A stretch of DNA of 30,408 nt from a virus (lineage: Duplodnaviria; Caudoviricetes), in the IMG/VR virus record IMGVR_UViG_3300017780_009147, positions 1 to 30,408 of that record. The stretch is one strand, 5' to 3'. Of this stretch, positions 1 to 9,551 are shown piece by piece. The position numbers were made by a program, and so were the translations under genes. Below the pieces are notes generated by a model. That model did not search any database, was not told the origin of the DNA, and worked only from the letters and a program-made list of their open reading frames with translations. The first letter of the stretch is position 1. Each line of letters starts with the position of its first letter.

Positions 1-1
1 A

Positions 2-790
2 ATCGTAGGAGATTTTGCTCATCCTGCCATTCTGCAGCGTGTTGCTAGAGGTCACTACGATGTTATTTTTCACATCGCTGCAGTTCCACGCGTTTCGTAC
101 TCAGTTGAGTACCCCGTCCAGACAACAGACTCAAACCTGATGAAGTCTGTAGCACTATCTGATGCTGCTTCAAAGGGAAAGGCGCGAGTTGTTGCGTCTT
201 CGTCTTCTTCAGTCTACGGCGGTGCAGATGTGATGCCAACAACCGAATCCCACGCTAGAGATCCTAAGTCACCATACGCACTTCAGAAGAGCGTGATGGA
301 AGACTTTGGGCGGCTATTCCACAGTCTTTACGGTCTCGACATTGTCTTTCTCAGGTACTTCAATGTCTTTGGCCCTAACCAGCGTGATGGGTCAGCTTAC
401 GCTACAGCAATCACTGCATGGTGCACTGCAATCAAGAATGGCAAGACTCTACGCAGCGACGGCGACGGAAGCCAGACAAGGGACATGTGTTATGTCGACA
501 ATGTTGTTAGTGCAAACTTCCTCGCAGCCAAGAGGGAAGCAGGATTCCACGGTCAAGCTTACAACGTCTGCTGCGGTGACAGCACGTCTAACGCAGAGAT
601 CTTAGACTTCCTCAGGAATAAGTTTCCCAATATCAATGTAACGAATGCAGCCTGGCGAGCAGGTGACGTTATGCACACTCTAGGCGATTGGAGCGCTGCC
701 CACCAAGACCTAGGCTATGAGCCGCTCGTCAGGTTTTGGGATGGTCTAAATCTCACTTTGAAGTGGTGGAACCTTGACAAGAATTCCTGA
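2..790 (+). CDS. NAD-dependent NDP-sugar epimerase/dehydratase (extended SDR), 5'-truncated by the window edge
   Basis: Frame is open from base 2 (IVGDFAH...DVIFHIAAVPRV); SSSSVYG, catalytic YxxxK (SPYALQK), LRYFNVFGP, GDGSQTRD motifs. Confidence 0.92.
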   Translation: MVGDFAHPAILQRVARGHYDVIFHIAAVPRVSYSVEYPVQTTDSNLMKSVALSDAASKGKARVVASSSSSVYGGADVMPTTESHARDPKSPYALQKSVMEDFGRLFHSLYGLDIVFLRYFNVFGPNQRDGSAYATAITAWCTAIKNGKTLRSDGDGSQTRDMCYVDNVVSANFLAAKREAGFHGQAYNVCCGDSTSNAEILDFLRNKFPNINVTNAAWRAGDVMHTLGDWSAAHQDLGYEPLVRFWDGLNLTLKWWNLDKNS

Positions 791-1361
791 GTTTATAATC
801 CTCACTGGGCCAATGTTTGGCTCTAAGACGACTCGTATGCTTGCGCTGATTGACAGGTACAAGCACATGAAGAAGTCTGTAGTTGCATTCAAGCCTGTGA
901 TGGACGACAGATACAACATGTCGATGGACGACAGATACGGCATGTCAAAGATTGTGACGCACAACGGCGGCACTTGTGATGCCTTCAACGTCGCCAGCGG
1001 AAAGGAGATGATAATGGTCCTCGCAACGATCGACACCAGTGTTGACATAGTTGCTGTTGACGAGGCGTTTATGATCGATGGAGTTGCTGACGCGCTCATT
1101 GATATCTTCAGGCTAGGGAAGACAGTTATTGTGTCTTCAATTGATCTTTCTAGCAACTGCAGACCATTTCCAGAGATGGTGAAGATGTTCCCATGGGCAA
1201 CATCTATCCAGAAGTGCTCAGCTGTCTGCACTGTCTGCAACAATGACGCATACTACACGATGAAGAAGACCCAGGGAGATGATGAGATCTCGGTAGGCGG
1301 CTCAGAGATGTATGAGCCTCGCTGCTGGTTTCACCACGATCATACAAAAGATTCCACGTAG
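774..1361 (+). CDS. tdk: Thymidine kinase (type II)
   Basis: GPMFGSKT Walker A, VDEAF Walker B, CTVC zinc site, VGGSEMYEPRC lasso; TTG start uncertain. Confidence 0.93.
   Translation: MTRIPEFIILTGPMFGSKTTRMLALIDRYKHMKKSVVAFKPVMDDRYNMSMDDRYGMSKIVTHNGGTCDAFNVASGKEMIMVLATIDTSVDIVAVDEAFMIDGVADALIDIFRLGKTVIVSSIDLSSNCRPFPEMVKMFPWATSIQKCSAVCTVCNNDAYYTMKKTQGDDEISVGGSEMYEPRCWFHHDHTKDST
899..946 (+). repeat. In-frame 24-bp tandem duplication inside tdk
   Basis: gatggacgacagatacaacatgtc / gatggacgacagatacggcatgtc (2 mismatches), encoding MDDRYNMS-MDDRYGMS. Confidence 0.9.
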
Positions 1362-1371
1362 GTAGGGTGCA

Positions 1372-2208
1372 ATGTTAGATCCCCAATCTGTTGATCTGGT
1401 CATCTACCACGAGAACTGCAGTGATGGCTTTGCTGCAGCCTTTTCAGCATGGAAATTACTCGGAGACAGGGCAGAATATTACCCTGCAAAGCACGGTTCA
1501 CAGCCGCCTAGTGTCGAAGGAAAGACAGTAGTAATACTGGATTTCTCATACGACAATGCGACAACTAAGAAGATGATTGCAGAAGCAAAATCTCTTCTTG
1601 TCATAGACCACCATAAATCAGCGATGGCGGAGTTGCACGACATCACACACACTCACTTCGACATGAATCGCAGCGGAGCAATGCTGGCATGGAATTTCTT
1701 CCATCCCGACAAGGAAGCGCCTAGAATCATCAAGCTCATCGAAGATCGAGACCTCTGGCGGTGGGAGATACCGTACAGCAGGGAGTTCTCAGCTGCATTC
1801 GAAATGGTGAAGTTCGACTTCGAAGAATACGAGAAATTTCTGACAGATTCAGAAGTCGACAATGCACAGGTGAGAGGTGCTTGCATCCTAGCATACTCAC
1901 AGACAGTTATCGCCAGGCTTGCGAAGAGTGCTTCACCTAGAAAGCTCGATGGGAAGAGTGTTCTCGTTGTCAACTCGCCACAGTGGATGTCAGAGATAGG
2001 GAATAGCCTCAGCCTCACGTGCGATTTTGCTGTTGTGTGGTACTACGATCACAGGAGCATGCAGGTGAAGGTGAGTCTAAGGGCTCATCACGATGACACA
2101 GATGTTAGTGATATTGCAAAAAAGTTTGGTGGTGGCGGTCATCGAAAATCTGCAGGATTCAGCCTACCAGCAGGTGTTTCAATCGAATCAATATTTGACA
2201 GGAGATAA
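1372..2208 (+). CDS. DHH/DHHA1 family phosphoesterase
   Basis: YHENCSDG, LDFS, IDHH, SLR and GGGGH motifs. Confidence 0.9.
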   Translation: MLDPQSVDLVIYHENCSDGFAAAFSAWKLLGDRAEYYPAKHGSQPPSVEGKTVVILDFSYDNATTKKMIAEAKSLLVIDHHKSAMAELHDITHTHFDMNRSGAMLAWNFFHPDKEAPRIIKLIEDRDLWRWEIPYSREFSAAFEMVKFDFEEYEKFLTDSEVDNAQVRGACILAYSQTVIARLAKSASPRKLDGKSVLVVNSPQWMSEIGNSLSLTCDFAVVWYYDHRSMQVKVSLRAHHDDTDVSDIAKKFGGGGHRKSAGFSLPAGVSIESIFDRR

Positions 2209-2210
2209 TC

Positions 2211-2693
2211 GTGTCCAATGGCGACCAGACAATCATCTTTCCTCGTGAAGGGTTTCAAGATACAGAGGTTTTTGACAGTCAGATCATCAAGGAAAGACCT
2301 TCCTGGGATGAGATCTGGATTGAGACAGCCTCCACCCTTGCAAAGCGATCACTTGATCCAAGGTTCCAGGTTGGTGCGATCATCGTGACAGATGATAACA
2401 CCCAGGTGCTTGCTGTCGGATACAATGGTGACCATAGAGGTGGACCTAATCTTGTAGACTCCTTTGAACCGGGTCAGAGCGGATTCATACACGCAGAGAT
2501 CAACGCACTCATTAAGTGTGACTACAATAATCCGAAGCGCAAAAAGATGTACCTGACGCTATCTCCCTGCAGGCAGTGTGCAAAGGCGATAGTGAATGGT
2601 GGTATATCAGAGGTGATATACTCTAATGAGTACAGGGACAGATCTGGACTCGACATCCTGGCACACTCCGGGATCGCGCTGAGAAAGGTCTAG
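2211..2693 (+). CDS. dCMP deaminase
   Basis: RS...VGAII, GYNG, HAEINA and SPCRQC zinc motifs. Confidence 0.92.
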   Translation: MSNGDQTIIFPREGFQDTEVFDSQIIKERPSWDEIWIETASTLAKRSLDPRFQVGAIIVTDDNTQVLAVGYNGDHRGGPNLVDSFEPGQSGFIHAEINALIKCDYNNPKRKKMYLTLSPCRQCAKAIVNGGISEVIYSNEYRDRSGLDILAHSGIALRKV

Positions 2694-2711
2694 CAAAACA
2701 CCGCGAGGTTG

Positions 2712-2719
2712 ATATTTAG
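2712..2719 (+). promoter_or_regulatory. Putative phage late-type promoter motif ATATTTAG (class ATAnnTA[G/T])
   Basis: 8 nt before ATG 2728; similar motifs precede about 12 gene starts (see findings). Confidence 0.5.
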
Positions 2720-2727
2720 AATCAACC

Positions 2728-2994
2728 ATGCGAACACTAAGCTCTAAAGAAATAAGGCAGATCGCCAGGCTGGTCGAGAAGATTGACCCGTTTGTTGGAT
2801 CGGGAAAAGATAGGATGCCCATTCTGGCGCCAGGTCTTAGGATCAGGCATCAGACGGGCAATATTGAGTATACGATAGAGGATATCTTCTACAAAGATGA
2901 GAAGAATACTCAGGTCGACTATCTCGTCCTTAGGACTCCTGACGGTGATATGGTGTACATCGACGTGAAGAAACTCAAGGACTACAAGGTATAA
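2728..2994 (+). CDS. Hypothetical protein (small, beta-rich)
   Basis: ORF tiles the gap; N-terminal KEIRQIARLVE leader-like helix. Confidence 0.7.
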   Translation: MRTLSSKEIRQIARLVEKIDPFVGSGKDRMPILAPGLRIRHQTGNIEYTIEDIFYKDEKNTQVDYLVLRTPDGDMVYIDVKKLKDYKV

Positions 2995-2995
2995 C

Positions 2996-3682
2996 ATGAA
3001 AGTTAGAGATCTCAAGAACGTGATCAGGAATAGCGTACCTGTTGATTCGGTCCAGCCCGTTCTCAATGAGGCTTACCACGCAGAACCTAAGCAGTACAAC
3101 CTGCCAACTGAGATGCAGAGTCCGGGCACAAAGAATTCTCACTTTGAGCTCTATCAGGCCTATATCAAAAGCTTCAACCTGGTGTCTGCAAAGCTAGATA
3201 CAGCTGACAGGAATGATGCGAATTCAAACAGCTCTGACTTTAGATCGTTGAAGATTGATGAGACGTACAACATGAACGCCGCATATCTTCATGAACTCTA
3301 CTTCGCGAACATAAGTGATCTACACAGCGAGATCACAATGGATTCTCTATCATACATGCGTCTATCTAGGGACTTTGGAACCTTTGACGATTGGCAGAAG
3401 GACTTCTTTGCTTGCTGCACTGCGTCGAGGTGTGGATGGGCAATGACCTACTACAGCTTCTGGCTCCAGAGGTACATGAACTGCCCCATAGATCTTCACA
3501 GCCTCAGCGTTCCAGCTGGTGTCTATCCAGTCATAGTGATGGACGTGTGGCAACACGCCTACTACAGAGACTACCTGCGTGATGTTAGAACATACACGAC
3601 AGCGATGATGAAGGAACTGAACTGGTCAGTCATAGAGAATCGCTTCAAGAAGGCTGAGGATATCTCGAGGGTCCTACGATGA
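2996..3682 (+). CDS. Fe/Mn superoxide dismutase-like protein
   Basis: HFELYQAY, LHELYF, DFGTFDDW, GWA and DVWQHAYY motifs; the four H/H/D/H metal ligands appear present. Confidence 0.85.
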   Translation: MKVRDLKNVIRNSVPVDSVQPVLNEAYHAEPKQYNLPTEMQSPGTKNSHFELYQAYIKSFNLVSAKLDTADRNDANSNSSDFRSLKIDETYNMNAAYLHELYFANISDLHSEITMDSLSYMRLSRDFGTFDDWQKDFFACCTASRCGWAMTYYSFWLQRYMNCPIDLHSLSVPAGVYPVIVMDVWQHAYYRDYLRDVRTYTTAMMKELNWSVIENRFKKAEDISRVLR

Positions 3683-4173
3683 AAAGAAGAATCACAGAGG
3701 CAGAGGCTGCAACACGTGCGGTCTCTAAGGAGCTCAAGCCAGCAAGGCTCTCAGTTGATTCGCTTGATGATCAGGTTGACGCCTACATCATGAAGTTTGA
3801 GAATAGGGCGACAGAGGATAAGCTTGAAGAGGCCTTCAGAAATCGTCACCTAGGATTCATGCTTGAGGCTGACGCTAAACCAGCACCTACCACAGAGAAG
3901 GCACCCAAGCCGAATCTAAACATCACGAAGTTCAGCAAGCAGGTTGCAAGACTTGTGATGAACGCCGATTCTCTACTTGATCCTCGAACCGTCATCATCA
4001 ACCGCGCTGCAAACTTCCTCTCAGAGAACTACGATGAAGGACAGTCAAGGGAGATGCTTGAGTTACTCGAGACTCACTTCAACATCACGCCCTCCAACGA
4101 AGTAACATCAGATGGAGCTCCTCCTGCTCCTCCTGCTGTCGGCGCATTCGGCGGAGGCGGCGGTGGTGCGTGA
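3679..4173 (+). CDS. Hypothetical protein with Pro/Gly-rich C-terminus
   Basis: ATGA overlap with previous gene; MKRRITEAE leader. Confidence 0.75.
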   Translation: MKRRITEAEAATRAVSKELKPARLSVDSLDDQVDAYIMKFENRATEDKLEEAFRNRHLGFMLEADAKPAPTTEKAPKPNLNITKFSKQVARLVMNADSLLDPRTVIINRAANFLSENYDEGQSREMLELLETHFNITPSNEVTSDGAPPAPPAVGAFGGGGGGA

Positions 4174-4478
4174 TTGAGAGATTAAATCTCGATCCACGCA
4201 AGACTATGCACTTTAATGTGAGCAGGGATGCGTACGACTACATGCGCGCTGCCTGCTTCAAAAAGAACATAACGATGCAGGAGCTATTCGAGGAGATCTG
4301 TCAGATGATGACGACAGATCACCCAGCAATAATGGCAATCGTTGATGACCTCTCAGAGAGAAACTTCGCTGCAAGGGTTGAGAGAGTCAAGATATCTGAC
4401 TCTGATCTCATATTCTCTATCATTGAGCGTGACAATCCTCTCATGAAGAGGAGGGAAAATCTTGAAAGCGAGAGATAG
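4170..4478 (+). CDS. Putative ribbon-helix-helix DNA-binding protein
   Basis: KTMHFNVSRDAYDYMRAACFKKNITMQELFEE fits the beta-alpha-alpha RHH pattern; GTGA overlap. Confidence 0.6.
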   Translation: MIERLNLDPRKTMHFNVSRDAYDYMRAACFKKNITMQELFEEICQMMTTDHPAIMAIVDDLSERNFAARVERVKISDSDLIFSIIERDNPLMKRRENLESER

Positions 4479-4674
4479 AGATCTGAAGATAGAAGAGTTG
4501 GAGAGCAGGGTTGCTAATCTTGAGTCAACGCTCAGCGATCTTACTCTTCTTCTAACATTTCTTTGCAAGTCACAAGAAGCTATCACTGATACTCTTGAAA
4601 ACCTGCAGTCAAAAATCAATCAAAAGCACGCCTCGATATTCATGACTAAGAAGGTAGATGATCTGATAAACTGA
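4462..4674 (+). CDS. Hypothetical coiled-coil protein
   Basis: Heptad pattern IEELESRVANLESTL; GGAGG upstream of the TTG start. Confidence 0.65.
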   Translation: MKARDRDLKIEELESRVANLESTLSDLTLLLTFLCKSQEAITDTLENLQSKINQKHASIFMTKKVDDLIN

Positions 4675-4715
4675 TCTTTATCAAATGTAGCGACTCGCCG
4701 TATAATTATGGTCGG

Positions 4716-7082
4716 GTGACACTCATGAAGGTTATAGTCAAGCGATCTGTTCTGGACGGATTCCTAAAGAGAATCTTTAACGAGGACAGAAGTCCAAGAT
4801 CCCCTCGGATCGATTTTATCGCGGGAAAGTACGGATACGACGATGGTACTCCGATCTTCCCGAATCCAGAGATTCCATCTGTGTCAATGAACTCTATTGA
4901 CGTTGATGATCCTGATCTGGCTGTGACAAACACAAAGATGCTCTCATCTGCTGCTGCTACGATAGCTCGCAGCGTTCCTCACGGGCAAGAGCAGTTCTTC
5001 TACCAGCGGATGAAGGACGTCTTTGACGACGCAGAATCCCGAAATCGTGCTGTTGGTTTCCTCCAGGAGAGGGAGAATAGAGCGAGACTCCGCGCATTTG
5101 TTAGGAAGATTCTGACAGAGGCTTCTTCAAATGTACCTGAGACAGAGTTGGGTGTTGCTAAAGATCTTTTTGATCTGATCTCAAGGTTCACAGAGCCTAG
5201 CTACGTTAAGAAGACTTTCAACGATGCAGATATTGAGAGAAGGCGCGTTGGAATCTACAAAGATGCCAGGAATAGCTACAAGAAAGCAGACGACTACTAC
5301 GGTCTCCTTAGGGCTGCAAGGAACCTTGTTGATGACATGACAAAGAGCGCTGCAGTCCTCAAAGATGAAGAAGGGATGATGTTAGAAAATCCCGAAGGTG
5401 AGATGATCGCCGTCTTTGTTGACATGATTGATGCACTTGAGAAGAAGGTAAAGCCAGCAGGGACATCAGGCGAGAATCTCGAAGCACTTTCAGTCTCCTA
5501 TCAAATGCTCGCACCGACGGAAGAGATGCTAGATGAAGATCTAGGCGATGTGCTTGTTGCAGTCTTTGAATGCTTCAATGAAAATAAGGACAAGATTATA
5601 CAGTATCTCCTGCCAGACGCTGACTATGTCTACTTCGACAGGCAGAGGATAACGAGGCGACGCGGTAAGTCATCCTCTAGTTACTACACAAAAGCTATCA
5701 ACATGCAGTTTGATGTTAGCAAGTCTAGGCGCTTCCAGTTTGACATCAAGCAGCCCACCTTGATACTGCGTCACGCCACCAGCGCAACAAATGAGATCAT
5801 TGCAAATGACCCTGCTGTGCAGGCTGCAATAGAGAGTGTTGAGACTGAGTCGACAGAAACTTCTAAGAGATTAGCTGATAGAGAACTCCGCAGGAGGCTG
5901 TCAGACTTTATCAAGAAGCTCTTCGCACCCTACACTCTTGCAATAGAGTCGCTAGGCGAGACACTCGACATATCAGCGAACAGGATGATGGAGATGGCTC
6001 AGAGAGTTGAGACCACTTCGACAGAAGAGTTCAAGTCTGCAATGGATCAGAAGATAGATTCACTGGGTGACAACATTAGGGATGACATAATCAGGGCTCT
6101 TCTCAACAAGAAGATGCCGCGTGCTCTTGAATCACTTGAGAAGGCGCGTAGATCGATTGACGAACCAGAGGCTGTGGAATCAGAAGAACCATTCCAGGAA
6201 GTTCCCTTTGAGATCAAGGGTCCAGCAGAAGAAGTTGATGAGCCGGTTGATTTCACAAAAAATCTCAATGCTCTCGCGCCCTTCTTTGGGTACTCAGGCG
6301 CTGCAGGACTCAGGCAGTGGATCAACAAGTACCCATACCAGATTATGAAATTCTCCATGGAAGCTCAGGATGGTCGCGCAAGAAATCCATACAAGCAGTG
6401 GCATGATCTGATAACATCGGGCATGAATGATCTGGTCAGCACAATGGTCTTCGTCATCGAGGATATAATTCCAACAACATTCAATGAAGAAGACAAGGCT
6501 TTCCTCGAGCTTGCACTACCTGACATCTACGATCTAAACGAGGCAATTGAGAACGAAGACGACGATGAGATAGTGGAGAATCTCTACACGCTAGGTGGTT
6601 ACCTCGTCAGACAGGTGAACAGCAAGCTGTTCGTCAGGCCTCTGTTCACTGAGTACCCAACAGCTCTCTACAATGCTGCTCGTGAGTGCATCGTCTATCT
6701 CAACGGCAGGAAGAAGCCAAATGAGAAGCAGATTTCGGCAATGGCAGAAGGAGATCTTAGGAAGATGCTTGCAGGTGAGGTTGATCTTCCAAGAACCATG
6801 GCCAGTGCAAGAAAGACAACCAGATCAAAGCTCGAGATGTACGGATTCACTAACGCTGACCTTTTGCTCATTCCTATCTTCCTCAAGGGTTGGACAGGAG
6901 ACTTTATCAAGAAAGGAAGCGATCAGTACAACAAGATAAGGGATGATATCAAGAGGATGACTGCCGACAAGGATAAGATCCGTCTCGAGATCTACGCAGC
7001 AATACCAGAGGTTCGCAAAGACCTTGAGTATCTTGCAGCGAAGCGCAACCTAGCAGGACAGCCAGAAGAAGGTGACTCTTGA
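4716..7082 (+). CDS. Large acidic helical hypothetical protein (possible head internal protein)
   Basis: 788-aa ORF with FLKRIFNE and LRAFVRKILTE motifs; start may be ATG 4725. Confidence 0.8.
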   Translation: MTLMKVIVKRSVLDGFLKRIFNEDRSPRSPRIDFIAGKYGYDDGTPIFPNPEIPSVSMNSIDVDDPDLAVTNTKMLSSAAATIARSVPHGQEQFFYQRMKDVFDDAESRNRAVGFLQERENRARLRAFVRKILTEASSNVPETELGVAKDLFDLISRFTEPSYVKKTFNDADIERRRVGIYKDARNSYKKADDYYGLLRAARNLVDDMTKSAAVLKDEEGMMLENPEGEMIAVFVDMIDALEKKVKPAGTSGENLEALSVSYQMLAPTEEMLDEDLGDVLVAVFECFNENKDKIIQYLLPDADYVYFDRQRITRRRGKSSSSYYTKAINMQFDVSKSRRFQFDIKQPTLILRHATSATNEIIANDPAVQAAIESVETESTETSKRLADRELRRRLSDFIKKLFAPYTLAIESLGETLDISANRMMEMAQRVETTSTEEFKSAMDQKIDSLGDNIRDDIIRALLNKKMPRALESLEKARRSIDEPEAVESEEPFQEVPFEIKGPAEEVDEPVDFTKNLNALAPFFGYSGAAGLRQWINKYPYQIMKFSMEAQDGRARNPYKQWHDLITSGMNDLVSTMVFVIEDIIPTTFNEEDKAFLELALPDIYDLNEAIENEDDDEIVENLYTLGGYLVRQVNSKLFVRPLFTEYPTALYNAARECIVYLNGRKKPNEKQISAMAEGDLRKMLAGEVDLPRTMASARKTTRSKLEMYGFTNADLLLIPIFLKGWTGDFIKKGSDQYNKIRDDIKRMTADKDKIRLEIYAAIPEVRKDLEYLAAKRNLAGQPEEGDS

Positions 7083-7450
7083 GATTAACAGAGCTAGTGG
7101 GTGATTTTGATGAAGTCCCTATGAGACAAAGCTCACTCGTGAGCTTTCTGCCACTGCGAGGGACGATTCCTGATTCGTATCCTCCCATCAAGGTGAAGAA
7201 GTCAGAGTGGGAACACATGCAGAATCCTGAGCTGATCAGGCGAACATTCACCTTCAGAACTCAGTCTGTCCTTCTCAGCTTCATAGCCTCACTTTTAAGA
7301 TACGAGAGAAAGACATCTCACAATGCTGCAATACTGATCGAGGCGCTAGACGTGACGATATCTCTTTGTACGCATGATCTTAATAGGGTGACAGACCTTG
7401 ACCTGGAATACGCAAGGGAGTGCGACTTCCTCTTTGGAGATCTTCACTGA
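7079..7450 (+). CDS. Pterin-4-alpha-carbinolamine dehydratase-like protein
   Basis: W...IRRTFTF, THD and VTDLD motifs; the canonical HHP is HNA. Confidence 0.75.
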   Translation: MRLTELVGDFDEVPMRQSSLVSFLPLRGTIPDSYPPIKVKKSEWEHMQNPELIRRTFTFRTQSVLLSFIASLLRYERKTSHNAAILIEALDVTISLCTHDLNRVTDLDLEYARECDFLFGDLH

Positions 7451-7770
7451 TGGCCTTCTTTGTAAGTGACAATATTAGCAACATTGTCACAGAAGATCTC
7501 CTAGCAGGTTCAAGAGATCAGTCATTTTCTCTGCTGATAGATGGCAAGATGCTAAAAGTTCTGCCTGATGAGATTGAGAGAAATTTTGAAGAAGGTTGGC
7601 TCAGAATCAAATTCAAGACATCATCGCCTAATCTCATAAATCTCGTGAACCCAAAGGAGTTTGATCTCGTCTGCGGCGGAGACACTATCGGAAGGCTCCG
7701 CAGTTTTAGGATGACAAAGCGGGATGAAGCTGCTGTTTGTGAGATACTGTTAGCAGACCTTAATACTTAG
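7450..7770 (+). CDS. Hypothetical protein
   Basis: TGATG-coupled ATG at 7450 with GGAG upstream (track start 7420 shortened). Confidence 0.65.
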   Translation: MAFFVSDNISNIVTEDLLAGSRDQSFSLLIDGKMLKVLPDEIERNFEEGWLRIKFKTSSPNLINLVNPKEFDLVCGGDTIGRLRSFRMTKRDEAAVCEILLADLNT

Positions 7771-7784
7771 ACAAAGAGGAGCAT

Positions 7785-7973
7785 GTGATGAACTTCAAGT
7801 TCGACAAATTCATGGTAGATATCGTCAACCGTGAGGAGCAGGTCAAGGAAAAGAACCGCGACTACCAGGCAGCCCAGGAGGAGAGCCCTGCTCGCGCTTA
7901 CAACCAGCTCTACAGAGAGAACTGGATGAATAGCACCTTCTTCTCACCTGGGAGAGGAAGATGGCAAAAGTAA
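7785..7973 (+). CDS. Hypothetical protein
   Basis: GAGGAG RBS; ATACTTAG motif at 7763. Confidence 0.7.
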   Translation: MMNFKFDKFMVDIVNREEQVKEKNRDYQAAQEESPARAYNQLYRENWMNSTFFSPGRGRWQK

Positions 7974-8662
7974 TTAGGATTCGCAGCGAGGCAGAACTCG
8001 CTCGATACATCAGGCAGATTTCAGAGTCATCTTCAACCAAGTTCTCCAAGTTCCAGGATGATCCTCGCCAGGTCTACTTCACAAAAGCCAGGCAGGCAGA
8101 TGATAAGTACTACGACCTCGACGAGGAGGATGAGCAGAAGCCTGCTGCTCCTCGCCCAGAGGCTCAAGGTCAAGCAACTCCCCAGGGTCAGGCGCTTGAG
8201 AATCCGCCTGATCGATCAAATGACAATAAGCAATCATTCGCCAGTGACCTGAATGTCTCTCTTGATTCGATCTCAAAGGTCGTCAAGCAGATGCGAGGTG
8301 GCAAATCAGTTGATGATAGTGCTGTTGAGACAGAGCTCCGCACATACTTCGACAGACTTGATGATCCCTCGAGAAAGGCGATGTTCGTATTCTTCAAGTC
8401 CTTCGCTGACATCCTGACAGGCCAGACCACAGGTGCCTCTGCGCAAGATCCTGAGGATTCTCCTGTCGATCTTAAGATTGAGCCCGGGACAGGCAGTAAG
8501 GACCCGTCGTCTGTTGAAGAGCCTGAAGCTGAACCTGAAGAGGAAGAGGAAGAGGCGAACTCCGAGGATACTTCTGCTCCTGCCCAGGTTCCCATAGCCG
8601 TTGGAAAGCAGCAGGTAAAAGAAGAAGTCCGTCGTAAGCTCACCATACTCATGAGAAGGTGA
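7961..8662 (+). CDS. Acidic, partly disordered hypothetical protein (scaffold/core-like)
   Basis: GAGG RBS; ELARYIRQISE leader; E/P-rich low-complexity segments. Confidence 0.75.
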   Translation: MAKVIRIRSEAELARYIRQISESSSTKFSKFQDDPRQVYFTKARQADDKYYDLDEEDEQKPAAPRPEAQGQATPQGQALENPPDRSNDNKQSFASDLNVSLDSISKVVKQMRGGKSVDDSAVETELRTYFDRLDDPSRKAMFVFFKSFADILTGQTTGASAQDPEDSPVDLKIEPGTGSKDPSSVEEPEAEPEEEEEEANSEDTSAPAQVPIAVGKQQVKEEVRRKLTILMRR

Positions 8663-8871
8663 TGAAGTCCCACCCCTACGGCTCAGAAGCGTACATATCA
8701 GAGATGGACAGGATCCTCACTGAGCTTGATACGATGCGCCGTACCCTTGGTCGTAGCGAGAGGAAAGAGAGATTCACAATCAGCAAGGCGATCGAGAGCA
8801 TCAGGTACCTACAGAGCCGTGCTAGAAAGCACGGTATTAAGACAGGTCTTCTAGAGGATGATGACCTGTAA
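8659..8871 (+). CDS. Hypothetical protein
   Basis: GTGATG overlap with previous gene; helical. Confidence 0.7.
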   Translation: MMKSHPYGSEAYISEMDRILTELDTMRRTLGRSERKERFTISKAIESIRYLQSRARKHGIKTGLLEDDDL

Positions 8872-8900
8872 GGGTCAGAGGAAATAGTTATCTTATTGAA

Positions 8901-9551
8901 ATGAGAGTCGGAATAATAGCTGGTGGCTTCAAGCCACTCACATCTGGTCACTTTTCAAAGATAATGATGTCGCTGAGCACAAATGCTCAGACAATCCTTG
9001 TCTACTCACCAAGATCGCGTGGTGATGGTCAGGATATCATCAGTGAGTCAAGTCTCCTGCGAATGTGGGATTTCCTCACGCCTCGCCTTGAGAAGTTAGG
9101 CGTCACTGTTCGAAGGGCTCGGACAACACCTATCAAGGATACGTTTGCAATAATAGGTGTTGTGCGTTGCATTCTGGATTCAACTGGCCGTAAGCCTGAT
9201 GAAACCACAGCCAAGTACTTTGGCATTAATCCTGCAGCAACTGGCGCAGTGCTGTATGGATCGCCAGATGATATCCATGGCAGCTTTGGCAGGCTTATAG
9301 GGACACCACAGGAAAGGATGTACTTTGGCAGCATGTACAAAGACCAGAATCTGAGCTTCTGCACATTGCCTGGTACAGAGATCTATGTCTCGAAGGGAAT
9401 GAGTGAACAAGGTGCGAGAATGCTCGCTGAGGTACGGGGAACAGAAGTCAGGAACATGCTCTCCTCACTCAACCCTGAGGCGATCAAGTTTCTACCTGAA
9501 TTCCTGACGGAGATAGAGAAGAAGCAGATGTTCGGCATCCTCACCCGCTGA
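8901..9551 (+). CDS. HIGH-family nucleotidyltransferase (phage cytidyltransferase-like)
   Basis: N-terminal GIIAGGFKPLTSGH; C-terminal VRGTEVR (SxTxxR-like). Confidence 0.7.
   Translation: MRVGIIAGGFKPLTSGHFSKIMMSLSTNAQTILVYSPRSRGDGQDIISESSLLRMWDFLTPRLEKLGVTVRRARTTPIKDTFAIIGVVRCILDSTGRKPDETTAKYFGINPAATGAVLYGSPDDIHGSFGRLIGTPQERMYFGSMYKDQNLSFCTLPGTEIYVSKGMSEQGARMLAEVRGTEVRNMLSSLNPEAIKFLPEFLTEIEKKQMFGILTR

Noticed and set aside
774-799. TTGACA...TATAAT consensus promoter
   Set aside because: The spacer is only 14 nt and it lies within the tdk N-terminal coding sequence
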